Positions 1-7,075 of a stretch of 34,583 bases of DNA are shown piece after piece. The translations under genes and the position numbers were made by a program. The DNA is taken from the IMG/VR virus record IMGVR_UViG_3300050144_000026, positions 1 through 34,583 of that record. The stretch is one strand, 5' to 3'. Below the pieces are notes generated by a model. It did not search any database and was not told the DNA's origin. It saw nothing but the letters and a program-made list of their open reading frames with translations. The DNA is from a virus. Taxonomy: Duplodnaviria > Caudoviricetes. Numbering within the stretch: the stretch's first letter is position 1; the number at the start of each line of letters is the position of its first letter.

Positions 1-2
1 CG

Positions 3-785
3 CTTGGGGGCGGCTTCTATCTTGTGGCTCTCTCCGGCGTGACGGACAACAATAGTTCGGCCCAGTTCATCTTCAGCTTCACTTCCACTCCAATCCAGAT
101 TGATGGAATCGACAGCGCCGCAAACTCTAGCGGAGTTTGTCTTGACGCAGGCCTGTTCAGTGGCATCTTCACAGCCCAGCAAATCGCCGCCCTCGGCGGC
201 ATCCCGCTGACCACGACCGTCCCGGCCAGCTCGGCGGCGGGGAATTACGGACTGGAGTTCCGCAGCGGCGCCCAGCAACATCTGGTAGCGGCGCCGATCA
301 TTGATCCAAACGCTGACCATTTCATTGTTGTCGGCGGGCGAGTGGATTCCGGGGCGCAATCGCACACGTTCTTCAGTCAGTCTGACGGCGGGGCCAGCGC
401 CCAACTTCCCAGCGTGTCGATCGACGCCAACCTGCGGCCCAACTACTACATCTCAGGCGGTGGCGTGACAACCAACGTGTTCGCCTCGAACGTGTATGCC
501 AGTGTGGGGGCGTCATTCGTTCTTGATGCCTCAGTGGTGTCAAGAAATGCTGAGGTCTGTTTCAACGGTGTCTCGATTGCCACCGCAACACTTTCCGGCA
601 CATACACCACGCCGACCAATTCCAGTATTGGCTCTCTTGGGGTGTCCCCCAGGGTGCAGTTTGTAAATGGACAGGCCTTTGCAGTCGTTGTTGTCAAGAG
701 TGCCCTCAGTGCCGCTGAGCGCCAAGTGCTGCGCCGCTTCGTCGCTGCCCTGACCGGCCCCATCCCTGGGCAGCTTAACTTCTAA
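3..785 (+). CDS. C-terminal part of a tail fibre/receptor-binding-like protein with probable LamG/ConA-like beta-sandwich end (5' truncated)
   Basis: Frame is open from base 3 to TAA at 783-785. Ser/Gly/Thr/Val-rich beta-strand composition. Ends NGQAFAVVVVKSALSAAERQVLRRFV, reminiscent of LamG-like domain ends. Lies just before the spanins in the late region. Confidence 0.55.
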   Translation, partial: LGGGFYLVALSGVTDNNSSAQFIFSFTSTPIQIDGIDSAANSSGVCLDAGLFSGIFTAQQIAALGGIPLTTTVPASSAAGNYGLEFRSGAQQHLVAAPIIDPNADHFIVVGGRVDSGAQSHTFFSQSDGGASAQLPSVSIDANLRPNYYISGGGVTTNVFASNVYASVGASFVLDASVVSRNAEVCFNGVSIATATLSGTYTTPTNSSIGSLGVSPRVQFVNGQAFAVVVVKSALSAAERQVLRRFVAALTGPIPGQLNF

Positions 786-792
786 GGATCAT

Positions 793-906
793 ATGAACCT
801 CTTTAGCCTCTACGTGGGGCTAGTCATCGGCTATGCTGCCGCCATTGTAACCGTACTCATAGGAGGAATACTTGATCGCATCTGGGATCACTTCCGGCAT
901 CGCTAA
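793..906 (+). CDS. 37-aa single-pass membrane protein (MNLFSLYVGLVIGYAAAIVTVLIGGILDRIWDHFRHR)
   Basis: Read by hand: AAGGA upstream of ATG 793, one long hydrophobic segment, basic C-tail, overlaps the i-spanin start. Confidence 0.55.
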   Translation: MNLFSLYVGLVIGYAAAIVTVLIGGILDRIWDHFRHR

Positions 907-1234
907 GATTGCCGCTGTGGGCCTGCTGAGCATCGTCATCCTTCTGGGGTGGCAGCTACGGCAGGCCCGCCAGGAGGCCACACAGGCGCATTCCGAGGTC
1001 GCCCGCTACCAGGGCCTCACCCAGTCCCTGCAAAGCGCCCTGGCGGCCTCTGAGGCTGCTTCCCGAGCCTCCATGAATTCCCTGAAAGCGCGGGATGAGC
1101 AGGTCAAGCGGCTCGCCAAGGAGAATTCCGCATTACGGAAAGGAGTAAATGATGCGCTTAGGACTAACAAAGCGTGGGCTGATGAGCCTTTGCCTGCTGA
1201 GCTTAGCGTTCAGCTTAACGGCATGCGCAAGTAA
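872..1234 (+). CDS. Rz: i-spanin (Rz-like)
   Basis: AGGAGG before TTG start. N-terminal TM helix, then coiled coil, C-terminal WADEPLP motif. Overlapped by a lipoprotein gene. Confidence 0.85.
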   Translation: MIASGITSGIAKIAAVGLLSIVILLGWQLRQARQEATQAHSEVARYQGLTQSLQSALAASEAASRASMNSLKARDEQVKRLAKENSALRKGVNDALRTNKAWADEPLPAELSVQLNGMRK

Positions 1235-1430
1235 GGAAATTATTAAGGAAATTATTTATAAGTTCCCTCCGGAATCCTTGATGGCTCACTGCGACGGGCC
1301 CGAGCTTGCTGAGTTCCGTACCAATAGCGATGTGGTGAGCGCCCTTCTGGGCTACAAAGAGGCTTTGGATAGCTGCAATGCTGACAAGGCTGGGCTTAGG
1401 GTGTGGGCCAAAGAGCTAAATGCAAAATAG
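1152..1430 (+). CDS. Rz1: o-spanin lipoprotein (Rz1-like)
   Basis: Lipobox LTA-C after a hydrophobic signal, Pro and Cys residues (PPESLMAHC...CNADK), overlaps i-spanin 3' end in another frame. Start could be ATG 1149, 1152 or 1182; AAGGAG spacing favours 1152. Confidence 0.85.
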   Translation: MRLGLTKRGLMSLCLLSLAFSLTACASKEIIKEIIYKFPPESLMAHCDGPELAEFRTNSDVVSALLGYKEALDSCNADKAGLRVWAKELNAK

Positions 1431-1544
1431 GGTAGCATAAGCGAGGGGAGGCTCCGACTCCAACCGCCTCCAGCCTCCCCCTTAGCCCCCTTCCGAGCTA
1501 CAGCGAAGCTGTAAGTGCTTCTATTTAAGCGCATTGCAGCCTAC

Positions 1545-1574
1545 CTCATATCACAGTTTTAATGACCTTGTCAA
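1545..1574 (-). promoter_or_regulatory. Leftward sigma70-like promoter (possible analogue of T7 A0)
   Basis: Minus strand TTGACA-18 nt-TATGAG with a TG extended -10 element; the -10 is imperfect. Confidence 0.4.
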
Positions 1575-1740
1575 CAGTAGGGCCATTATTGGGCTGGATC
1601 GGGGCTCGGACTGCGCTGTGTGGCATGGCATGGGCTAATAGAAGGCCCAGCAAGGGGCCTAGAAGGGCTTTGGAGCGCTTTTATAGAGCGGGTGGGCCCC
1701 TGGCCTATCTATCTCCTTTTATTGCCTTGTAGGGCCTCTG

Positions 1741-2070
1741 AGCCCACTGGAGCCCATACCCAGCTAATAGAAGCCCATGGAAGCCCAAGCAAGCCTATTG
1801 ATTCACGCTATAAGATAACAAGCTGCAAGCCCATAGAAGCCCAGACACAGCCCTAGACCTAGCAAGACTGAGCAAGACAAGAAGCATGTAAGCCCATGGA
1901 AGCCCAGACTAAGCGACAGACTGAGCAACTAGACTAAGCCTATAGATAGCAGGATAGATAGCTAACCAATAGAGCTAACTGGAAAGCATAGATAGAAGCA
2001 CCTAGCAGATGATCTACATCTGTCACAGCGAAGCTGAAGCTAACAGAAGCCCATAGAAGCTAATAGAAGC
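1741..2070 (+). repeat. Array of degenerate ~10-12 bp repeats (AGCCCATAGA-like) near the presumed genome terminus
   Basis: AAGCCCAT(G/A)GAAGC recurs at ~1771, 1827, 1890 and 2047. AGC cores recur at ~10-12 bp spacing in an A-rich, non-coding strand. Confidence 0.7.
1805..1817 (+). promoter_or_regulatory. Putative phage RNAP promoter core ACGCTATAAGATA
   Basis: Identical 13-mer seen four times, always intergenic. CTATA followed by purines resembles T7/SP6 promoter start regions. Confidence 0.75.
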
Positions 2071-2101
2071 TAGAGTGGGCTCATGGGATATAACCCTACA
2101 C

Positions 2102-2130
2102 TTGACTCAAGTATTAAATCCTGATAGAGT
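2102..2130 (+). promoter_or_regulatory. Host sigma70 early promoter
   Basis: TTGACT-17 nt-TAGAGT. Confidence 0.65.
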
Positions 2131-2318
2131 TCAGCACTTGGGTTGATTAAGCAATTAATTAGTTCATCGGGTAGTGTACTTACTGCACTACTCAGAAGCC
2201 TGAAATGTGTGCTGCACTCTAGGCTTGCAATTAGCTAATTAGCTGGGTCAAAAGTAAAGCGTGGTAGACCTTCCAGCGATTAGCGCGGATTGTCACTTGG
2301 TGGCGTTAATCTGGGATG

Positions 2319-2347
2319 TTGCAAGATAGCCTAGACTGTGCTACAAT
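2319..2347 (+). promoter_or_regulatory. Host sigma70 early promoter
   Basis: TTGCAA-17 nt-TACAAT with TG extended -10. Confidence 0.7.
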
Positions 2348-2412
2348 CAAGGCTTGAAGTTAGCTAGTGTGATAGTTCGGTTTGATGTACTTCGAGCCTT
2401 CCAGCATGCTAG

Positions 2413-2442
2413 TTGACAAGGCGGCGGATAGTGTGTTACACT
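2413..2442 (+). promoter_or_regulatory. Host sigma70 early promoter
   Basis: TTGACA-18 nt-TACACT with TG extended -10. Confidence 0.7.
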
Positions 2443-2489
2443 AGAGGCCCGTTAGCAGAGATGCTAGCAACAGTTAGGCCCAGCAGGGC

Positions 2490-2518
2490 TTGACAAGGTA
2501 AGCAAGTGGTTATGCACT
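2490..2518 (+). promoter_or_regulatory. Sigma70-like promoter with atypical -10
   Basis: TTGACA-17 nt-TGCACT. Confidence 0.4.
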
Positions 2519-2564
2519 ACTTACATCGGGTGGAATTCCCGAATGATCTGAGTCAACATGATGC

Positions 2565-2593
2565 TTGCATCTGTTGCGATTCTAGGTTGCACT
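2565..2593 (+). promoter_or_regulatory. Sigma70-like promoter with atypical -10
   Basis: TTGCAT-17 nt-TGCACT. Confidence 0.35.
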
Positions 2594-3020
2594 AGAGTCA
2601 ACGCGGTGATCGCACCGCCCATTGGTTTAGCTAGGTGGCGCAAGTTACTTGGCTTTATCGGTGGATTTGTTCATTAAGCTGGCGCTCTGCGCTAGACCAT
2701 GCTGGGCCCGTAATGGGTGGCGAGGCATGCTGCAAGTGGGCTGGATCATGCCAGACGCCATAGGAGCAAGCAAGCTAAAGAAAACACTGTAAGGGAAATC
2801 GGACAGTGTAGGAGGTTTGTGGAGGACTAGGCGCGATGGTATGGAATAGCGGAGCGTGCGTAGTGGGGCAGATGTGCAAGATAATCTGTTGCTTACGTGG
2901 GACTTCGTTTATACAGTTGGGGATGAGGAGTTCTCGCACCACTAGCATATAGAATCGTACAAATGGTAAAGTGCGACTAGAGTGCCTTGACAGGCATAGT
3001 CATATCTGGTCATCTGTTTG

Positions 3021-3068
3021 AATACAGACTGCGCCACATTAGTAATAGTGTGACGTGGTGTATATTCC
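3021..3068 (+). other. Long imperfect hairpin, probable RNase III processing site before the first early gene
   Basis: GAATA...CACATTA-GTAA-TAGTGTG...TATTC immediately before the AGGAG RBS. T7 early mRNA carries such RNase III stems. Confidence 0.45.
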
Positions 3069-3081
3069 ATAGGAGCTAACC

Positions 3082-3264
3082 ATGCGATTCATCAAGAAAA
3101 GTTTTGCCAGGTACATGATCGTTGACGATCACGGCACGGAGCAATACGCTTGGACTTTCAAGGGCGCCTTGGCGTGGCTTGAAGCTGCCAGTAGCACGGC
3201 CTGGGTTGTTGATCTGTATCGGATGAACATCGCCGTACAGCGTAATCAGTATCGTGTTTATTGA
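3082..3264 (+). CDS. Early hypothetical protein (60 aa)
   Basis: AGGAG RBS; first ORF after the promoter cluster. Confidence 0.8.
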   Translation: MRFIKKSFARYMIVDDHGTEQYAWTFKGALAWLEAASSTAWVVDLYRMNIAVQRNQYRVY

Positions 3265-3272
3265 GGTGCATC

Positions 3273-3428
3273 ATGCTGTACTCACTACACGTTAAGAGCA
3301 AGGGCGGCGCTTGGAAGTGGGCCGCTCAAGGTGGCATCGACTTCATTCTTGAGGTGGCCCAAAACCGCCTTGAGCGCGGCTTCCGTGTCAAGCTCAAGGT
3401 GCAAAAGCCTAAATTCCACAAGAACTAG
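3273..3428 (+). CDS. Early basic hypothetical protein (51 aa, MLYSLHVKSKGGAWKW...PKFHKN)
   Basis: Read by hand: GAGGT RBS, phage-like codon usage, fills the gap between neighbours. Confidence 0.75.
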   Translation: MLYSLHVKSKGGAWKWAAQGGIDFILEVAQNRLERGFRVKLKVQKPKFHKN

Positions 3429-3496
3429 AGCTAAGCCTGATGCATCCTCTGGGTGCATTGGACTGCGCTTTGCAGTGCAACTATAGGAACCTTACC

Positions 3497-4042
3497 ATGT
3501 CGAAATCTATCATCGCCAAGCCCCTGACCGACACTGCCTCGATCCGCAAGGAAATCGACGGGATCAAGGTCGCCGGGGCTAAGCTGGATGAGCGCATTCA
3601 AGTGTGCGCTGTGGCTGTCGTGGAGCACTTCGCTAAGCATAACGATACTGGGCTGGTCAACCGCCTGTATCTTGCTTTGCCGAAAGGCGCTCGCAAGACT
3701 GCCATGGCAAGCTGGATGATGGCCTACATGGCCGTTACTCCCAACACGGATGCTAAGACCAAAGCGGAACAACCGTTCCGTTACAGCAAGGATAAGACCA
3801 CTAATCCTGAAGCTGCTGCCAATGATATGTGGTACGACCACAAGCCCGATCCCTCTGTGGATATGGTGTTTGACCTGCAAAAAGCCGTTAAGGCCCTGCT
3901 GATCAAGGCCGGTAAAGCTGGCAAGTGGGAGCACGGGAACCGGGACACGTTGGTGGCTTTGGCCGCTGCTGTGTCCATCCCTGAGTCCGATGTACCGTCT
4001 AAGCCCTTCGAGGCTGAGAAGGCCGAGGAAGCGCTGATGTAA
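3497..4042 (+). CDS. Early hypothetical protein (181 aa)
   Basis: AGGA RBS before ATG 3497 (MSKSIIAKP), strongly biased codons. Confidence 0.85.
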   Translation: MSKSIIAKPLTDTASIRKEIDGIKVAGAKLDERIQVCAVAVVEHFAKHNDTGLVNRLYLALPKGARKTAMASWMMAYMAVTPNTDAKTKAEQPFRYSKDKTTNPEAAANDMWYDHKPDPSVDMVFDLQKAVKALLIKAGKAGKWEHGNRDTLVALAAAVSIPESDVPSKPFEAEKAEEALM

Positions 4043-4202
4043 AGCCCAGCCTGGGCGGCTGCGCCTGGAAGCGCTCGATTACCTGATCGAGAACTGGGAC
4101 AAGGCAAACGACTGTGTGACTGGGGCGGTGCTTGAGTACACGGTCCTCAAGCCTGTCACCGCTGCGGCCTACAAGCCCAGCCACGGCGGCTATCCTGGCT
4201 AA

Positions 4203-4577
4203 GTGACCAAAGTGAGGCTCATCGTTATAGGTGAGTCTTGCTGTGTTTACTCAAGGAGCAACTATGGACCTTCGCAAGCATCGCAAGAAGATGCACAATT
4301 ACGCCGGGTGGTCACGCCGCATCGGCACTTTCCGCCACAATCGAAAGAAGATGGCGCTTTATATGTTGGGCTGGCGCTGGCCGGGCTTGGAATGACCCTG
4401 GTTGCAGAACTAGAGGCATTGCTTGATCCGGCCCAGATGCCGCCGCGAGCTGTACGTGACGCAATCAACAACGCTATCGACGCTGTACGGCGTGGACGGG
4501 CACCGTTGTCCTGGCACGTTGAGCTTATCCGTCAATACAAGGGGCGCCAAAATGCTCAAAACCGTTACGGACGCTAA
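4203..4577 (+). CDS. Early hypothetical protein
   Basis: ORF in the packed early cluster, overlapping the next gene; start uncertain. Confidence 0.6.
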   Translation: MTKVRLIVIGESCCVYSRSNYGPSQASQEDAQLRRVVTPHRHFPPQSKEDGALYVGLALAGLGMTLVAELEALLDPAQMPPRAVRDAINNAIDAVRRGRAPLSWHVELIRQYKGRQNAQNRYGR

Positions 4578-4854
4578 ATTCACACCCACGCATTTGGTTA
4601 CGCTATATGTACCTATGCAGCATGCAAATGCTGTTCAGGCACTGCTGACCAGTGGTTATACCATGTGGCCCGGCCTGGGCTCGTGGCGAACGATGGACAA
4701 AGAGGTAATCGAGTCTGTCCGTGTGTTCCAAGTAGTGTGTCGCTCTCATGGCGAGTACGTTACTGATGCTGTTGCTAAGCTCTTGATTGAGCTTGGCGAA
4801 GAAGAAGTTCTCACAACCCTGCAAGAAATCACCGAGGTGAAATATGTACGCTAA
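4552..4854 (+). CDS. Early 100-aa protein, possible PII-like/SAM-lyase fold
   Basis: AAGGGG RBS; pattern GYT..PGLGSW...E.VRV...VA..L....EEEVL. Confidence 0.7.
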   Translation: MLKTVTDAKFTPTHLVTLYVPMQHANAVQALLTSGYTMWPGLGSWRTMDKEVIESVRVFQVVCRSHGEYVTDAVAKLLIELGEEEVLTTLQEITEVKYVR

Positions 4855-5104
4855 GCTGCTGTCCAAGACCCGCGCCCTGATGAACGCTGCAACTCGTTTG
4901 CACGTTAAGGCCCTGCTTGCTTCTGTCGAAGCCAAAGAAGCTGAGGCCGAGCAGGCCAGTCGTCAAGCTGAACAACTGCAATACTTTGCAGACAGTGCAC
5001 AGATGAGCGCTGACATTGCTCACCGAAAGGCCAAAGAAGTATCCAAGCATGCAGAACTGTATGCAGATGGTGCGCTTCACGAGATTGAGCGTTTGGGCTT
5101 CTAA
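4844..5104 (+). CDS. Early coiled-coil hypothetical protein (86 aa)
   Basis: GAGGTG RBS, Ala/Glu-rich helical sequence. Confidence 0.8.
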   Translation: MYAKLLSKTRALMNAATRLHVKALLASVEAKEAEAEQASRQAEQLQYFADSAQMSADIAHRKAKEVSKHAELYADGALHEIERLGF

Positions 5105-5181
5105 GCCCGTGTTCGATGCGCTGCCAGTCGCTTTACTGGCATTTCAACAAACCGTTTGCCCATGAGGCAGGAGAAAACCAT

Positions 5182-5649
5182 ATGTCGAAGATCGAAACCC
5201 TGAACGCTACCCTGACCACCAAGCAAGCCGCTCTGGAAAAGGCCAAGGACAAGGTCACTGCTCTGACCGCTGCCATCGCTACCCTGGTGGACCGCATTGC
5301 CAACATCGGCAACGAGGAAGCCTTCGCCGAGGCACTGAACCGTGATCTGGTGGGCAAGAAGGTGTCGTTCTACTTTGGCCGTGGCGAGAAGCGCCGCGAG
5401 TTGGAAGGTGTCGTGATCGCTTACCGTGCCCAAGAAGGCCGCGTCGGTGCTCAGGTCAAGGTCCAGACCGGCGAGGGCTTTGACGCCGCTCTGAACACCG
5501 TGCCCGTTGTGGCCCTGATCAGCGTCGAAGGCGTTGACTACAAGAATGTGCAGGACGAGGAACCCGCACCGGAAGGCACGCCGGGCGCTGCTGTGGAATC
5601 CAACGATGACCCGTTGGCCTCTGCTGATCCGTTCGTACTGGCGGCCTAA
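5182..5649 (+). CDS. Hypothetical protein (155 aa): N-terminal coiled coil, beta-rich domain, acidic tail
   Basis: AGGAG RBS before ATG 5182, highly biased codons. Confidence 0.85.
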   Translation: MSKIETLNATLTTKQAALEKAKDKVTALTAAIATLVDRIANIGNEEAFAEALNRDLVGKKVSFYFGRGEKRRELEGVVIAYRAQEGRVGAQVKVQTGEGFDAALNTVPVVALISVEGVDYKNVQDEEPAPEGTPGAAVESNDDPLASADPFVLAA

Positions 5650-5867
5650 TGTTAAGCGCCGCGAAGAAGCCGTGTTACATCGGCGTTAATCCGGCGCGTG
5701 TCGCCACTGTCGGCTATCACCGAGCAGGCAGTGGCTGGCGTTGCAGCCTGAACTTCACAGACGGCACTGTGGTTTACTCTGACACGGCTGATGGCTGTGC
5801 AGAAGCCCGTGCCCACGCTGAGCGCAAGCTGAGCGAGGACTACCCTGGATTCACCTCACAAGGATAA
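5649..5867 (+). CDS. Hypothetical protein (72 aa)
   Basis: TAATG stop/start overlap with the upstream gene. Confidence 0.65.
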   Translation: MLSAAKKPCYIGVNPARVATVGYHRAGSGWRCSLNFTDGTVVYSDTADGCAEARAHAERKLSEDYPGFTSQG

Positions 5868-5868
5868 C

Positions 5869-6183
5869 ATGAAACGCAAAATGTACATCTCTGCGGCTTA
5901 TGCCCTGCGCCAAACGATCTTCAAGGAGCTGCCACCTGCCAAGGTGCTGCGCCCTCTGCGCGGTCTGAAGAAGGACATTATCGCCGCTGCTCGCGGTTTG
6001 GCCTTCCTGGATGCCAGCAAGCAGAATGTGCAATGGGCACGCTGGTATCTGCAAGATGCCATCAAGTGCTACCGTGCGTACATGCTGGAGCCTGTGCATC
6101 AACTGCGTGACCGGGGCCTGCGCTGGTATGTGCGCTGGAATCTGGATCAAGTGCTGGTCAAGCTGCGACAGCCCGCTACCTGA
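5869..6183 (+). CDS. Basic hypothetical protein (104 aa)
   Basis: AAGGA RBS; TGATG overlap with primase. Confidence 0.75.
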   Translation: MKRKMYISAAYALRQTIFKELPPAKVLRPLRGLKKDIIAAARGLAFLDASKQNVQWARWYLQDAIKCYRAYMLEPVHQLRDRGLRWYVRWNLDQVLVKLRQPAT

Positions 6184-7037
6184 TGGCCGACCCCGACTGG
6201 ATCAAAGCCGCTATGGCTCTCCAGCCGGGGCGCTTCGTTCGTATTGAGCATGGCTGCGGTGAGGGGCGAACTCTGCGTGTATCGAAGGAGCAAGACGGCG
6301 CGATGCGCGCTTATTGCTTTAGATGTGGGCCGAGTGGTTTCTTGCCAGCACCAGAGCTTACGTTAGCCGAACGCCTCGCTCTACTGGAGCAGCGTAGAAC
6401 CGCTGAGCTTAAAGTTACAGCGACGGTAGACCCACCTCGCCCAATGATCAAGGACGTTAGTCTTTGGCCGTTATACGCAAAGGTGTGGCTGTTCAAAGCC
6501 GGTTTGTCCGTTGATGATATTGCGTCCCTTGGTGCGTACTATTGTGAGCCGATAGATCGAGTCGTGCTCCCAGTGTATGACAACGGCAAGCTAGTTTACT
6601 GGCAAGCCCGAGGCTTCCGCAAGGGCGCACCTAAGTACATCAATCCAATCGTTGAGCGCAACTCGCTGTGCGCTAAGTACGGCTCAGGCCCTGTGCTTGT
6701 GTTGACCGAGGACATACTCTCTGCGTACCGCGTTAGCCGTGTGACAGAGGCGTGGTCCTTGCTTGGTACTAAGTTACCTGATGGCGTGGCCGTGGGTATA
6801 GCGCAGCAGCGCAAGCCCATCGTCATGCTGCTTGATCATGATTCCGCTGGTGCCAAGGGCAGAGCACAAGTGGCACGGCAACTGCGCACACTAGGCGCGG
6901 AGGTATTCATCTCAAAGCCTGATCGTGATCCCAAATATCTAACCCGAAAGGAAACTCTTGCATGTGTTATGAAACCAATGGGCGACCACTCCGCCCTGGC
7001 TACATTGTTGGCTGCGTCATCGGCGTGGCAGTTCTGA
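6183..7037 (+). CDS. DNA primase (Zn-binding + TOPRIM)
   Basis: H.C...YCFRC zinc motif, YWQAR, PKY, LTEDILSA and LDHD TOPRIM motifs; precedes helicase. Confidence 0.92.
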   Translation: MADPDWIKAAMALQPGRFVRIEHGCGEGRTLRVSKEQDGAMRAYCFRCGPSGFLPAPELTLAERLALLEQRRTAELKVTATVDPPRPMIKDVSLWPLYAKVWLFKAGLSVDDIASLGAYYCEPIDRVVLPVYDNGKLVYWQARGFRKGAPKYINPIVERNSLCAKYGSGPVLVLTEDILSAYRVSRVTEAWSLLGTKLPDGVAVGIAQQRKPIVMLLDHDSAGAKGRAQVARQLRTLGAEVFISKPDRDPKYLTRKETLACVMKPMGDHSALATLLAASSAWQF

Positions 7038-7075
7038 GCTACGTTCTGTGGTGCGGGGCTGGCATTGTCGCTTGA
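6962..7075 (+). CDS. 37-aa single-pass membrane protein overlapping primase end and helicase start
   Basis: Read by hand: AAGGA RBS, MCYETNGRPLRPGYIVGCVIGVAVLSYVLWCGAGIVA. Confidence 0.5.
   Translation: MCYETNGRPLRPGYIVGCVIGVAVLSYVLWCGAGIVA

Noticed and set aside
1620-1856. 78-aa ORF in the terminal region
   Set aside because: No RBS, and it runs through the repeat array and a promoter; likely spurious.
1741-2070. Repeat tract as a CRISPR or mini-array
   Set aside because: Units are ~10 bp, degenerate and lack unique spacers; no cas genes in the window.
2836-2952. 38-codon ORF after GGAGG in the early leader
   Set aside because: Atypical codons and coincides with predicted RNA stems; not supportable without expression data.
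1430-3080. tRNA or self-cleaving ribozyme in the non-coding region
   Set aside because: No cloverleaf with a T-loop motif and no hammerhead core recognised by eye; a covariance-model search would be needed to exclude them fully.
4600-4609. Partial promoter match ACGCTATATG
   Set aside because: Only the first 8 bases match contiguously and it lies inside a coding region.
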